Of a stretch of 64,000 nt of DNA, positions 53,380-64,000 are shown in pieces. The DNA lies in contig CDLV01000005.1 in assembly GCA_001244265.2 (NCBI GenBank), positions 2,914,001 through 2,978,000 on the forward strand. Direction: 5' to 3'. Below the pieces are notes generated by a model, which was not told the DNA's origin, made no database searches, and saw nothing but the letters and a program-made list of their open reading frames with translations. Position numbers and translations under genes: made by a program. Source of the stretch: Microbotryum violaceum (Eukaryota). Each line of letters opens with the position of its first letter. Position 1 is the stretch's first letter.

Positions 53380-54988
53380 CTAAGCCTCCTCCGCAACCTG
53401 CTTCTCCAACTGCGCCTCAAAAGCATCCCTCGACACCCCCGCCGGATCGAAATAAGGTCGATCCCCTACCACAACGGCACGATCTCCCGCACGGTATTCC
53501 TTGAAGTCGAAGGTCGCGAGGTGATTCACGACCGAGTTGTCCCAGATTGCGACGTTGTTCTTGGACCAGTGGTATTTCACGTGGGTGTCTGATAAAAGGG
53601 CACAGGGGAGGATTAGGATTGGAGACGAAAGGGGCGATTAAGCTCATTTGTAAATTCTAATAGCTCACCGTGAGATTCGTGTTGCAGTCGGAAGAGATAG
53701 TCCAACAAGACCGCAGACTCGTCGTATGAGAGCTGATCAATCTTGGTCGTGAAAGTTTTGTTGACGTAGAGCGCATTCAGACCCGTCACTACAGAATACG
53801 ACACACTCAAGACCATCAGCCATCGAATCTTCCTCATCTCGGCATTTGAACTGAATTGTACTCACCAGGATTCGTCCTCACGATAGGATGCACAGCCCTG
53901 AACGCCCCACCCTGATTATCCGGCGAGCCCCTTTCGGCCGTCCTCAATTTGTACCCATTCTGCGCGGCCTGTTCCCTGAACCTCCAAGCATCATGCGTCG
54001 CCGTCAAACCGGAAAGGAACGCTTGCAAAGGAGGGGTTAGACGATCGTAGGCCGAGTAGTTGGACGACCAAAGGGTGTCGCCGCCAGTTTTGGGGAGCGT
54101 GTGCATTTGCAAAATCGTGTAGAGTGCCGGCTTAGGCTCGAACGAGACGTCGCTGTGGGAGGGCGGGAGCACAAGTTTTCAGCGAGGGCATTGGGAACAG
54201 CGTCTTCATAAAGCACATACGAGTGCCATCCTTTGGACGTCAACCCCGAATCTGCGAACGAGATTTGCCTCCCCTCCGCATCAGGCTTGCTCGAGATCTT
54301 GCCCAAGGGAAGACCCGTCTCGGTCAATTCCTGCGTTGGATGGATGTGCAACGTCGACGATTCGGGTTTGCCGGCTAGTTCACCGAGACGAAGGGCGATA
54401 CGACCCAAGTCTTCGGGTTTCAAGTCAAATTGGTCTTGGAAGAAAACGACACCGTTACGCGAGACTGGGGAAAAGGAAGATGGCGTGCTTATGAAAATAA
54501 GCTCCTGACGATCGGACGTGGGTCTCTGTCGAGTACTGACTGGTGATGGCAAGGTCACGAAGAACATTATCTTGTTCCTGTTGAGGCAAAGCACGGATTT
54601 CGGAAAGGCGAACGGATTTGGCGAACTCGACTCCGATAGCCGGGGTTAATTGCACGCGACTGAGGGGAGCAAGTCGGGCCAAGTGCGCAAGTCGGGCGAG
54701 CGATGACGAAGTGGAGGAGGGAGATGACGAACGAGGGAGGGCGCGCGTCGAGGAAGATGGAGCAAGGAAGTGTGCGAGAACGTGTCAGTGGGAAATAATG
54801 TAGCTTTGTTCCACCCACCATCAGGTAACTCACGGGTACTTGACCTCATTCAAGGCGCCGGACAGTTCCAAAGGCTTGCGCTGCAGGCCAGAGTCGAGCC
54901 CGGCATCCGAGGCGGGTGGGGTCTTGTCCTTGCCCCTCAAGTTAAGCGTCTCAAAGACTTGGGTTACGGAGCTCGTTACGGAAGGCAT
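53380..54988 (-). CDS. TauD/TfdA alpha-ketoglutarate-dependent sulfonate dioxygenase (JLP1-like), multi-exon
   Basis: LTPAIGVEF, RNGVVFF, LHIHP, WHSDVSFE, GGDTLW, HPIVRTNP, VAIWDN..NH. Confidence 0.9.
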
Positions 54989-56281
54989 CTTGAGGGTAGG
55001 TATTATATGAGTGGAAGGCCAAAGTTTCGAATGGAGTGCAGGGAAAGGGAGGGAGTGAAAAAGCGAAGGTCGTGCGATCACAGCATTTTCGGTTTCATAG
55101 CCTGCCCGGTCGCTTACCGATGGAGCGATGGCGTGCGCGACGAAAAGTGGCGTGCGCGCTCCCAGCTGCAGGGGGGCGACAGCCCGACGGCGGAAAGGAT
55201 CACGTTAGCTCCATTTGAAGCGTCATTCACCTCCTTTTTGGCGTCGATAGGTTCTTGGCAAGGCGTCTACACAGTAGACAGGCGGTAACACCTCGTCAAT
55301 GTACTGACAAAGCCCCTGAGGGTCACCCGACGCCGCTGCCGCCGCCGGTGGCAGTCACGTGCAGCACCCCTTCCCCCACATCGACGGCGAGATGGGGCAA
55401 AAGCGCATACACTCACCTCGCTGCGGAGCATCGGCGCGTGTCAAGCGTTGCCCTGCATTGCGCCTCACTAGTGAGCATCGCCGACTCGGAGATTCCATAG
55501 AAAAAAGTCACCGCAGAGAAGCGTAATCATTTAGAAACCTCCCCATCGACGCATCTTTCAATGCGTGCGTAGCCTTGTTTCGATGTTTCTCAAGTCTGAA
55601 TTTAGGCATTTAGGCGCAAGCCGAAGCGGCAACTTGCAAAACCCGAGCCAATTCCAGGAGCGAGCTTGAGGAGCATCGACTTCATTGACTCCTAGTGCCG
55701 GCGTTTGCAAAAGGGTGCCTAATCTAGATGCAGTTGAAGCTGAAGGCGAAAATTCGAAAGAACTGAAAGCACTCGGTGAGATCACCGGGAATGTAGGGCG
55801 GCACAGGACGTTGAGAGCGAGGGCCTGGGACTCAGGGGATGGAACAAGCCAAGCGCAACTCAACTCCCCGTACGGGGCAGTACGGGGCAGTAGTTCTAGG
55901 CCGAGCTTAATGGCTCTTGAAGTGACGGGCTAGAGATACCGATCGGTAAGACAAGTGGAGCAGAAGGTTCCTGACGGCACTGCACACGGTTATCAACGGA
56001 AGGGAGATGAGACTCAACGCAAAAGTGGTAAAAGCCTAAGCTACGAAGACTAGTTGAAAGGGTTTCACGCAGCGCGCAGCGCACAGCGGAGGCGCTCTGG
56101 GCCTCTTGACGCACAAGTTATGTGGAGAAAATCGGGAGAACGACTTTATGAAGATACTAGACAAGGAGAGGAGCGAAATGCGAAACGTGAAATGTGAAAT
56201 GTGCAATGACGTTCGACGACTCCGGAGGCGGGAGGTTTGGAAGTCAGACGCCATCGAGGACAGTTACGCTTCGAAGGTCCT

Positions 56282-56354
56282 ATAGATCGCAGCGCATATT
56301 GCGTCATATTTTCTAGGGCATATAGACCGCAGCGCATATTGCGTCATATTTTCT
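56282..56354. repeat. two tandem ~39-bp direct repeats
   Basis: ATAGA(T/C)CGCAGCGCATATTGCGTCATATTTTCTA occurs twice. Confidence 0.85.
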
Positions 56355-56658
56355 ACCGCATTCGTTGTGACGATTTCTGTCCAGTAGGTGGTCGGTTGGT
56401 CAGCACAAATGTTCCGAAGGCCAGCTCGTCGCCCAGGCTGGACCATCCGTCCTTTGACTCCGAGTAGCCGACCATCACTCACGCGGTGTGGAATCCCCAG
56501 AATTTCATGTCATGGCAATGTCCGTGCCACTTGTCGATACAATCTTGTTCGAGGTCTGGAACGAAATAAAAGTCTCCATAAGATTGCGCGCACTCGTTAC
56601 TCCCCTCAAGGTAAAAAATAAGCGAATTACTGCGGCGAAAAAGGGAGAGCTTCAGAAT

Positions 56659-57055
56659 TCAAAACGCCGTCTTGCCCCTTTCGTCTCCGGAAGCGAGGGA
56701 AGTTCCGCTGTGCGCGTACTCTTTGATCCTGATCGGGATTTGATCTTCTAGCGCTTGAAGGCATGTACAGTAGGACCCGGTACACCATGGATCATTGCTC
56801 GGAACCCTCCTGAGGAAATAAGAAGCGTGTTCGTCAAAAGTCGAGCCTAGAGGAGGCCGTTTCGAGTACACGGCAGGGCCCTCAGCAGGGGCCTATAAGT
56901 TCCCAAAGCCTGGAGTTCAGGAGTGGCTACATTCACTCCCCATGCGTCCCGGTCGTCCAACAATCGGGTAGGTTGGTCAGATTCTCATCGAGGCCCTGGG
57001 CGTTCACTTTTGAGGAGATTAGGACGGCCAAAAGGCTGATAATATGAATCTTCAT
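56659..57055 (-). CDS. putative small secreted Cys-containing protein (probably 2 exons)
   Basis: MKIHIISLLAVLISSKVNA signal-like start; candidate GT..AG intron ~56937-56893; downstream exon with WCTGSYCTC. Confidence 0.45.
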
Positions 57056-58099
57056 GTGTGGCGAAAGGGTTGGAGCTCGTCGGCACTGGAAGTCGGCTGA
57101 GAACAGACAAAGGGAGCGAGACTGGTAGTCGTGCAGAAGGGAAAGGGAAAAGACGAACCTGGCTAATCGAGTCGAACGCGTCGAGACGGTGAAGCGGAAC
57201 CGGCTGACTTTGCCGGAAGCGATTGCTGGCTGCGAGTGGTAAGTGGACCGGTCGGGGAACTTGCGCTTAAAAGCTTTGGTCACCGTTCGCGTTCATTGTT
57301 CGCGTCCGGTGCCGTCAAGCGCCCCTATCCTTGCACCGCCCTGAAGCGCGAGTCAAACTTCTTTCCGCGGACCGTGTCGCAGAGGCCGGCATGACTTGTT
57401 TAACACGACTAACCCAAGGCGAGCCCTAAATCGAACTACCCCTGAGACAGGTTGGGGTCACTGAATTTCGAATGTCTCCTGTACTTCACCGCACCTAATA
57501 AAGCGTTCGAACTGACCGGATTGACGCCGTGCGAAGCGAAAGCGGCCGCCAGCCCCTCGATCTTCGGAAGACCATGATTTGTCAAACAATGTAAAGGCTC
57601 CTAAGGATTCACGTCCGTTGATGCGAGCTGTGTTTAACTTCTCTCCTGTCCTTCGCAGAATTGACACACGGCCCGATGAGTGCAAGCCTTGGCAGTGCGC
57701 TTGAACGTGTGCATGGTAGATTGCACCAACATCACAACATGAACACGGCCAAAACGAAAAGAGGAAAAAGTAAAAGTAATGTCGCCCATTCTACTATCTA
57801 TCATATCGTCATCGCAATCCAAAGGCCTAAGAAAACTTTTGAACCCATGTGCGAAACAAGGGCGGCCACAATGAAGAGATTGGGTTCTTGTCTAAATCAT
57901 TGTAATGACGCCAAGGTGTTAACGCGCCCCCGGAGGAGGCGACGGGTCCCTGAACTTCTGACGGAGTAACACCGATTGACAGCGTCAGCTAGTATTACTA
58001 AGAACGTACCATGGAACGGGTAAGCAGCACCGAGTTTGCGAGTCAGTTCGGTTCACATGAATGAGGCGTGTGAATGTGCCAAACGTTAATGAACATTGC

Positions 58100-59300
58100 A
58101 GACAACGAGATCGAGCCAGAGCTGGGGTGTAAATGCATAAGTTGAGATCACTCGACATCGCCCATGTCAAAGTCCGCGTCTGGACGAGTTTGTGTTCGCA
58201 TGTGGTCGTCAGCGCCGGGGACCCACGCGCGTTCACCGAAGTCAGCTATAAGAAGTGGTCTCAGTTGACGTTGAGAGATCGGGACTTCCGAAAACGACTT
58301 GGGCGCGAGACAGCCTGGCTAGGCGTGGTGAATGTGCCCATTACTGAGAGACATGGGAATCAAATGGCATGGAGTGTCGGTATTCCCCCACAGATCTTTC
58401 ACAGTCGGAAGAGCGTTGCAAACCACGATTAGATGACTTTTTGTCGTTGGCCTAAACGGTATCTGCTTGGTCGAGAAACTCGTCCTTGATGTGCCCAAGG
58501 CTGTGAGATACCTCGTCATCGCAACGGTGAGTGTAAATCTGCAGAATTGACGGTGACGAAGAGGGTGTACATATGGAATGCGTTGACGTATCCGCGGATC
58601 TCATTCCTCATGTCGAGCATCTGCGCAGTTGTGCCGTGAAGTTTGTTTCCGAAACTTTGCAATTCCGCCAGAATATGGTTGATATGCTTCTCTGCTTCTG
58701 TTGTTGCCTTGTACCTTTTCGTGTCCTTGAATTTTTTGATCATTTCGGACACAAAATCCACGTCGATTATGAGCAGTGCTGCTCCGATTTGAGCCACCTT
58801 CTCTGTGGGACCCGAAAAGCGAGTTGGCGAAACACTTCTCGTCCGCGGCGGAGCATGTTCGAGACGATGAATGGGAAAGACGGGTCGCATCGAAATCGCT
58901 GTCGTATAGATTGAGCAAATGGTTGACTTGCTCGTCCAGAGAAATCTTGAGGTTGCGCTCGACACAGAAACCGAGGAGACCAAATGGATCGAGGTGTGGC
59001 CACAGCTCTGAGAGCACGAGCTCGTACGAGGGTTCCCACAAAGGGGCGTCGCCTGTCGGAATGACATAGGTGGGCTTGTCCTGGTTGAGATAAACGGAGA
59101 GCTTTCTCAAAGAACAGCCATAAGTGAATTGGTTAGTCGGTAGGGGTGGCGGCACATAGACGTGTTCGAATACTGGTTCATCAGAGTCGTTATGCAGTGC
59201 GCTGTTGCGTAGCCTTCAAAGAGCGATGAGGTTGCTTCCACGATCTCTGCGGTCACCGAATTCGCCAAAACTACGTCGGGCACGAGAGAGTCTCCGCGAT
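58100..59300 (-). mobile_element. Helitron Rep-helicase N-terminal relic, frameshifted
   Basis: LWPHLDPFG..GF, ISLDEQVNHLL, FRCDPSFPFIVSN, MRNEIRG, LFVTVNSADLHSP resemble Helitron_like_N-region motifs. Confidence 0.7.
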
Positions 59301-59632
59301 TTGTCGATCCGATACTTGGGGAGCAACCCAGACGGAAGACGAAGTCGAAGTGGATGCTGAAACCGCCGTAGAAGCTGGAGAGGTCGGGTTGAGCGCACCC
59401 GGGCCGGAACCACATAGCAAGAAAGGGCAAAACGAGGCGACCGTTTAGACCGGTGCCACACCTGGCCGGGAGGTTCGTCACGGTTCGGCGCGCGCGCGCG
59501 AAGTAGTTTTTCACGGTGTGGGACCTTGAGAAGCGTCCATGACGGTGTGGGCGCTTGAGGTGAGGTTGGTCACCGTGCATTCACTCGGTCCAAAGGTGGC
59601 AACTTGGTGCTCAGGTTTTTCGGATTGTGCCG

Positions 59633-59740
59633 AGGTTCTCCAACTTCAGTATGAGGTTCTCTAACTTCGGCGTCAGGTTCTACAACCTCGGTGTTAGGTT
59701 CGGTAACTTCGGAGTCAAGTTCTCTAACTCCTTGCCGAGG
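59633..59740. repeat. 21-bp minisatellite, ~5 copies (AGGTTCTCTAACTTCGGNGTC)
   Basis: Directly visible; heptad peptide periodicity in translation. Confidence 0.85.
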
Positions 59741-60247
59741 TCGCCAATGGTTCAAGACCAGGGGTCGGATTGCGCACAGTTCGCTTCGTTTACCAAGGGT
59801 GGAAGACCGGTCGAAAAAAATTGCACTCCTGAAACCTTTTTGATGCGGTGGACACGTTCATAGTACACTGTATTGTTGGATCTTTTTTAACTGGCCGTAG
59901 CATAGGATTTCTGAGTATGCAAAACAAACCGAAGATCTACTGAGATACAGTGGGCAGTCTGGCACACGGCAGAAGCGACGTCCGTTCGTCTTGACTGATA
60001 AGCATCTGTGTACAGGATCGAGTAGCTCTAAGCTCTTCATAGGGTCCACGGCACAGTACAGTGCTGGGGCGGCTGAGATAAGGTTTCTTCTGGTGCCGAT
60101 GGACCATGTCTCGGATGTCAGAAAATCGGGCTGTTTTGCTGCAGGTGTCGACTCGAAAATTGACATCGCGCCAGCGCTGCGCCTGCGACAGCCCGCGACT
60201 TGTTGGAACCAACGATGATCCCGAAATGATCAACAAAAGAAGAAGAA

Positions 60248-60319
60248 CGGCTGGACCAGGAGTCGAACCTAGGTCGCTTCCATTAATCGGAAAAGCTTTG
60301 ACCACTAAGCTATCCGGCC
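60248..60319 (-). tRNA. tRNA-like gene with non-canonical anticodon loop (GA-TTA-AT); pseudo-tRNA or suppressor-like
   Basis: GGCCGGA/TCCAGCC acceptor (one mismatch), TAGCTTAGTGGTCAAAGC D arm/A box, TTTCC/GGAAG stem, CTAGG-TTCGACT-CCTGG T arm/B box, downstream TTTT. Confidence 0.75.
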
Positions 60320-60394
60320 CCTGATATCAGTGCAAGGTCTACTAACACCTTCAACTCGACTGACAGGTTTCGGCACGCAGCCCCGACCTCCAAT

Positions 60395-61735
60395 GTGATC
60401 CGAGTCATTATGGATGGTCCTGGATCACCCAGAGGTCCTGTACAGATCGCGCTTCGCAAGCACTTTGGATTGGCCGAGACCCCGTTCATGTTCGCGCGGC
60501 CCGAGGGCGTCGTGCTTGACCCCGAGGTTGAGAAGCTTTTCTCGAAATGCGTGAAGCTGAACCCGGTTGTGACAAAAGCCACGAAGAGGTTCCCGATCGC
60601 TCGTCACATGTACGAGCTTGTATTCGAATCCGACCAAGCCTGTCTCGAAGCCGCTGCAGCGGGCCCATTCTCTCACCACGGCAAGGAGATGGTTACCGAG
60701 CTCCCCAGCGCCTCTCCCCTTAACCACGTCGTTCAGGTGCGATTCACGTTGCCCTCCTCCTCCAGCGCCACCCCCGCTTCCGTGCTCCGACAATCTCTCG
60801 ATGATGCTCTCACCCTTTCGTTCGGCCGCGCAGGTCGTACGCAAGGTTATACCCTGATGCAATTACAGCGGGGCCTCGCGGTCGATCCGAATGGAGATCC
60901 GATGGCCATGACCGAAGACGGGTTCCACTGCGCGTACCTTCGCTTACATGCTGATCTTTTCCAAGGCTCTACCGAGACGCAGAAGGCTGCGCTCAACGCC
61001 GCCTTGCCACAAGAGATCGAGATCCTGGGCGCCAAGTACGGCTTGCGACACGAATTCGAGACGCACTACTGCGCCGTGTGCGATCGCGCCGGACACCAGT
61101 GGGGCGCTTGCAGGAAGCCGGTTTCGACTCCGGCCACCGCCGCCCCTGTTCCGGGGGCCTCGACTTCGACTTCGACCACGGGCTTCCGAGTTGCTGGGAA
61201 GAATGGGAAGCACGGTGGGCCTGCCGCATTGAACTCTCGTGCCTCTGGCACGAACATGATCCAGCTGGGACCTCGTGCTAACCCTGCAGGTGCAGCGACC
61301 GGCAACAAGGACGATGCGAACGACGACGACGGCGACGACGACGACGACGGCGGCGGCGAATCGGTCGCTTCGACCGAACCGGAGGGCGGCGACACTGGGA
61401 AAGAGACGTTGACCCGTGCGACCACGGGCCCAACAAAGGAGACGCAGACGACGACAGCGGCGCCCGTTTCGACCCCGACCTCTCCTTCGCCTTCTGCTTC
61501 TGCTCCGGCATCGCCTTTGTCCGGTGGCACGTCGGAATCATCGGCAACCTCGACGACCTCGATAGCCTCGACGAGTCCTCGACGCCTTCGTTCGAGCTCG
61601 GCACCCGGCAACCGACGTGTCACCCGGGCGGGATCCGCCATGATCCTCGGTGCATCAGGGGGTGACGGCTCAGGGGGTCACAGGTCCGAGATGACCGAAT
61701 TCGAGGGGGGCGGCGCTGATCCAATTTATTCATGA
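60395..61735 (+). CDS. LINE ORF1 (gag-like, CCHC zinc knuckle), probably 5'-truncated
   Basis: CAVCDRAGHQWGAC knuckle, low-complexity C-terminus; stop overlaps ORF2 start (ATGA). Confidence 0.8.
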   Translation: MIRVIMDGPGSPRGPVQIALRKHFGLAETPFMFARPEGVVLDPEVEKLFSKCVKLNPVVTKATKRFPIARHMYELVFESDQACLEAAAAGPFSHHGKEMVTELPSASPLNHVVQVRFTLPSSSSATPASVLRQSLDDALTLSFGRAGRTQGYTLMQLQRGLAVDPNGDPMAMTEDGFHCAYLRLHADLFQGSTETQKAALNAALPQEIEILGAKYGLRHEFETHYCAVCDRAGHQWGACRKPVSTPATAAPVPGASTSTSTTGFRVAGKNGKHGGPAALNSRASGTNMIQLGPRANPAGAATGNKDDANDDDGDDDDDGGGESVASTEPEGGDTGKETLTRATTGPTKETQTTTAAPVSTPTSPSPSASAPASPLSGGTSESSATSTTSIASTSPRRLRSSSAPGNRRVTRAGSAMILGASGGDGSGGHRSEMTEFEGGGADPIYS

Positions 61736-64000
61736 TTGAGTCCCTCACCGTGTTAACGTTCAACGTCCGATCGATCAAGAACGCAGTCAACCAAGTTAAA
61801 ATCATCCGCTATCTCAAAACCCTTCGGCCGGCCCCTGCGGCCATTCTCCTGCAAGAGCACCACCTCAGCTACAACGCGTCGCGCGAAGGCTTCGAGAGTG
61901 CTTGGCCAGGGGCTTGTATTCGTTTCACTCCTCATGTCCTTACCCTCATACCCGATGGCTCACCTTTGGCGGGCCATCTCCTTTCCTCTACCCCGGTCGT
62001 CTTTGCAGGAGCTCCTCGTCTCGACGGTCGGATTCTGCGCTCGGTGTTTCGTCTTGAGGAGCTCGATGTTGAGATCATCAACATGTACGCGCCGGTACAG
62101 GAGGACGATCGTCGCGACTTTTTCGGGCTCCTGCATTTCAACGCCCCGAGACCCAAGACTCTTCGGATCTTGGCCGGCGATCTCAATGATTGTCCGGATG
62201 TATCGGTCGACCGAGTGTCCATCACCGATCGCGCTTGGACTCCTGTATCGCACTGGCAGACCTTGCTGTCAAAGATCGCGTTCAAGGCACTCGACACGGT
62301 CCGACATGTCCATTCTTGCACCCCGCATTCACTCGTCCTCACTACCGTGGTAGAGGGGAGGAGCGAAAGATTTGCTCGTGGTCGCGGATCGACTATATTC
62401 TTGTCCAATGCAGTTGGGCAAACCGGTTGTTGAGCGCTTCTACGCTCTTCGACGCGCCCTGTTCGGACCACAGACCTGTAGTTGCGACTTTCGCATTGCC
62501 TACGTCGAACGCTGATGCCGAACCCCCCTTTCTCTTCCCTCTACGAGCGATTTCATTTCGAGGCTCAACCCAACGGTCTTTGACGATCAAGACTTTGTCG
62601 CATCGATTCCCGGGGTCATCGACGAGGTCTATCGAAGGCTCGAGGGGACCGCTCCGCTCGGCGACGTCTATGACGCCGCTCTGCGGGCGGTTGCAGTCGC
62701 TGGCCATGCACGATACCGCTCGACTCGTGCCGACATGCGCCGACTGCGGGCCGAAAGCCAATCCGTCATGGAGGCTTTGGAGGCACGCGGTGAGCACATG
62801 AATGAGGCCGAGCGCGATGCGTATGCTTTTGCCAAGTCGCGGTTGGACCAGTTGGCGGTAAAGGAGGCTCAGTGGCTGCGCATTCGTGCGCGTGTGCCGT
62901 CAGTCGACTCGAGGGAAGGTCAATCGGCAAGCATTCGCACGCGTCTCAACCGCCGGAGTCGCCAGACGAGCATCGTCTCGCTGGAGGATGTGGATGGCAC
63001 CGAGACCGTTGACATGCAGGAGGCGCTGGGCATTGCTTCACGGCACGCACAGTCGCTCTTCACGCCGGACCCAGCTCGTGGCGACCCGACGAACCCACGT
63101 CGGTCCCTGCTCGACCCTATTCGCGCGGCGAAATGCTACGATGACGACCGCTCGGACCCTACGTTCGGTCGTCGGCTGCCTCGTCAAGCGAGAGTGGCGC
63201 TTGACGAGCCCTTCACCCTCCTCGAGGTTGAAGCGGCGTTGAAGAAGACGGATTCGGGGCGATCACCGGGGCCCTCGGGCATTCCGTACGAGCTCTTCAA
63301 GGCGCTGCCAACCTACTTTGCTCCCAAGCTGTTGGATTTGTTCAACTCGATTTGGGAGGGGGGTAAAATGACGGCGTCCTTGGCAGAGGGGCTGGTGCGG
63401 CTTTTGCCCAAGAACAAACCGGGGGCCAATCTGAAATCACTGGGGGCATATCGACCGATCACACTGCGCGAGACGACCTACAAGGTCCTCAGCAAGGTCT
63501 TGGTGGCGCGACTCAATGGGGTGCTCGGCGAGCTTTTGCCGCCGGCGCAACACGGGTTCATGCCATCAAGACGTTCAGCAGACGCGGGAAGTCATCTCAC
63601 TCTCCTTCTCGAAAAACTCAAGTCGCTAGGCACTGAAGTTTTTCCCGAGGGCGCCCTCTTGTCCTTGGATCAGCAGAGCGCGTACGATCGGGTCGATCAC
63701 GCATGGATCTTTGACGTCTTCGAGGCCTTTGGCTTTGGTGAGCGTTTCATTTCCCTGCTGCGCGCTCTGTACGATCCCGAGACTCTGGGGGTGCGCTACC
63801 TCATCAATGGGTTCCCCACGGAGTTGGTGCGGTTGCTGTGTGGTCTCGGTCAGGGGGATCCCCTCTCGTGCCCGGTTTGGAACATCACGTTCCAGCCCTT
63901 CCTCGACGCCCTCGTTCGGCGCGGGATCGCGCTCGACCTGCAGAAGGTGTGGCCAGGGGGGCCGCGTGCGCAGCTTACGCATCTGGCGTTTGCCGACGAT
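61732..64000 (+). mobile_element. LINE ORF2 (APE endonuclease + RT), frameshifted, runs off the window
   Basis: TFNVRS, LQEH, NMYAP, AGDLND, SRIDYI, SDHRPV, SPGPSG, YRPITL, GLGQGDPLS, LAFADD at window end. Confidence 0.9.

Noticed and set aside
55866-55899. Hairpin CCCCGTACGGGG followed by CTAG, like a Helitron 3' end
   Set aside because: Wrong strand for the nearby minus-strand Helitron relic and not followed by T; insufficient evidence

Overview
Eukaryotic, intron-rich fungal DNA, most likely a basidiomycete of the Microbotryum/Rhodotorula type (inference from gene content and style). Host genes: TSC10-like reductase, dienelactone hydrolase, two tandem lysophospholipases (second disrupted by a solo LTR), HRQ1 helicase, EMC5, IRE1, a FAD amino-acid oxidase, an ADAM protease, a TauD dioxygenase and two small secreted-protein candidates. 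There are also Plavaka-like and Helitron relics. The most striking structure is a set of L1/Tx1-like non-LTR retrotransposons placed upstream of, and pointing away from, Pol III-type RNA genes. (1) An 11.4-kb head-to-tail stack of 11 poly(A)-tailed, 5'-truncated insertions from three families starts 55 bp upstream of tRNA-Arg(CCG). (2) A LINE starts within ~75 bp upstream of a tRNA-like gene with an odd TTA anticodon. (3) A LINE lies ~265 bp upstream of an unclassified, highly structured ~168-nt RNA with a T5 terminator. Also seen: a conserved 3' RNA fold shared by the LINE families, a gene-conversion tract, and three fold-back inverted duplications. Exon boundaries and identities were judged by eye and are approximate.
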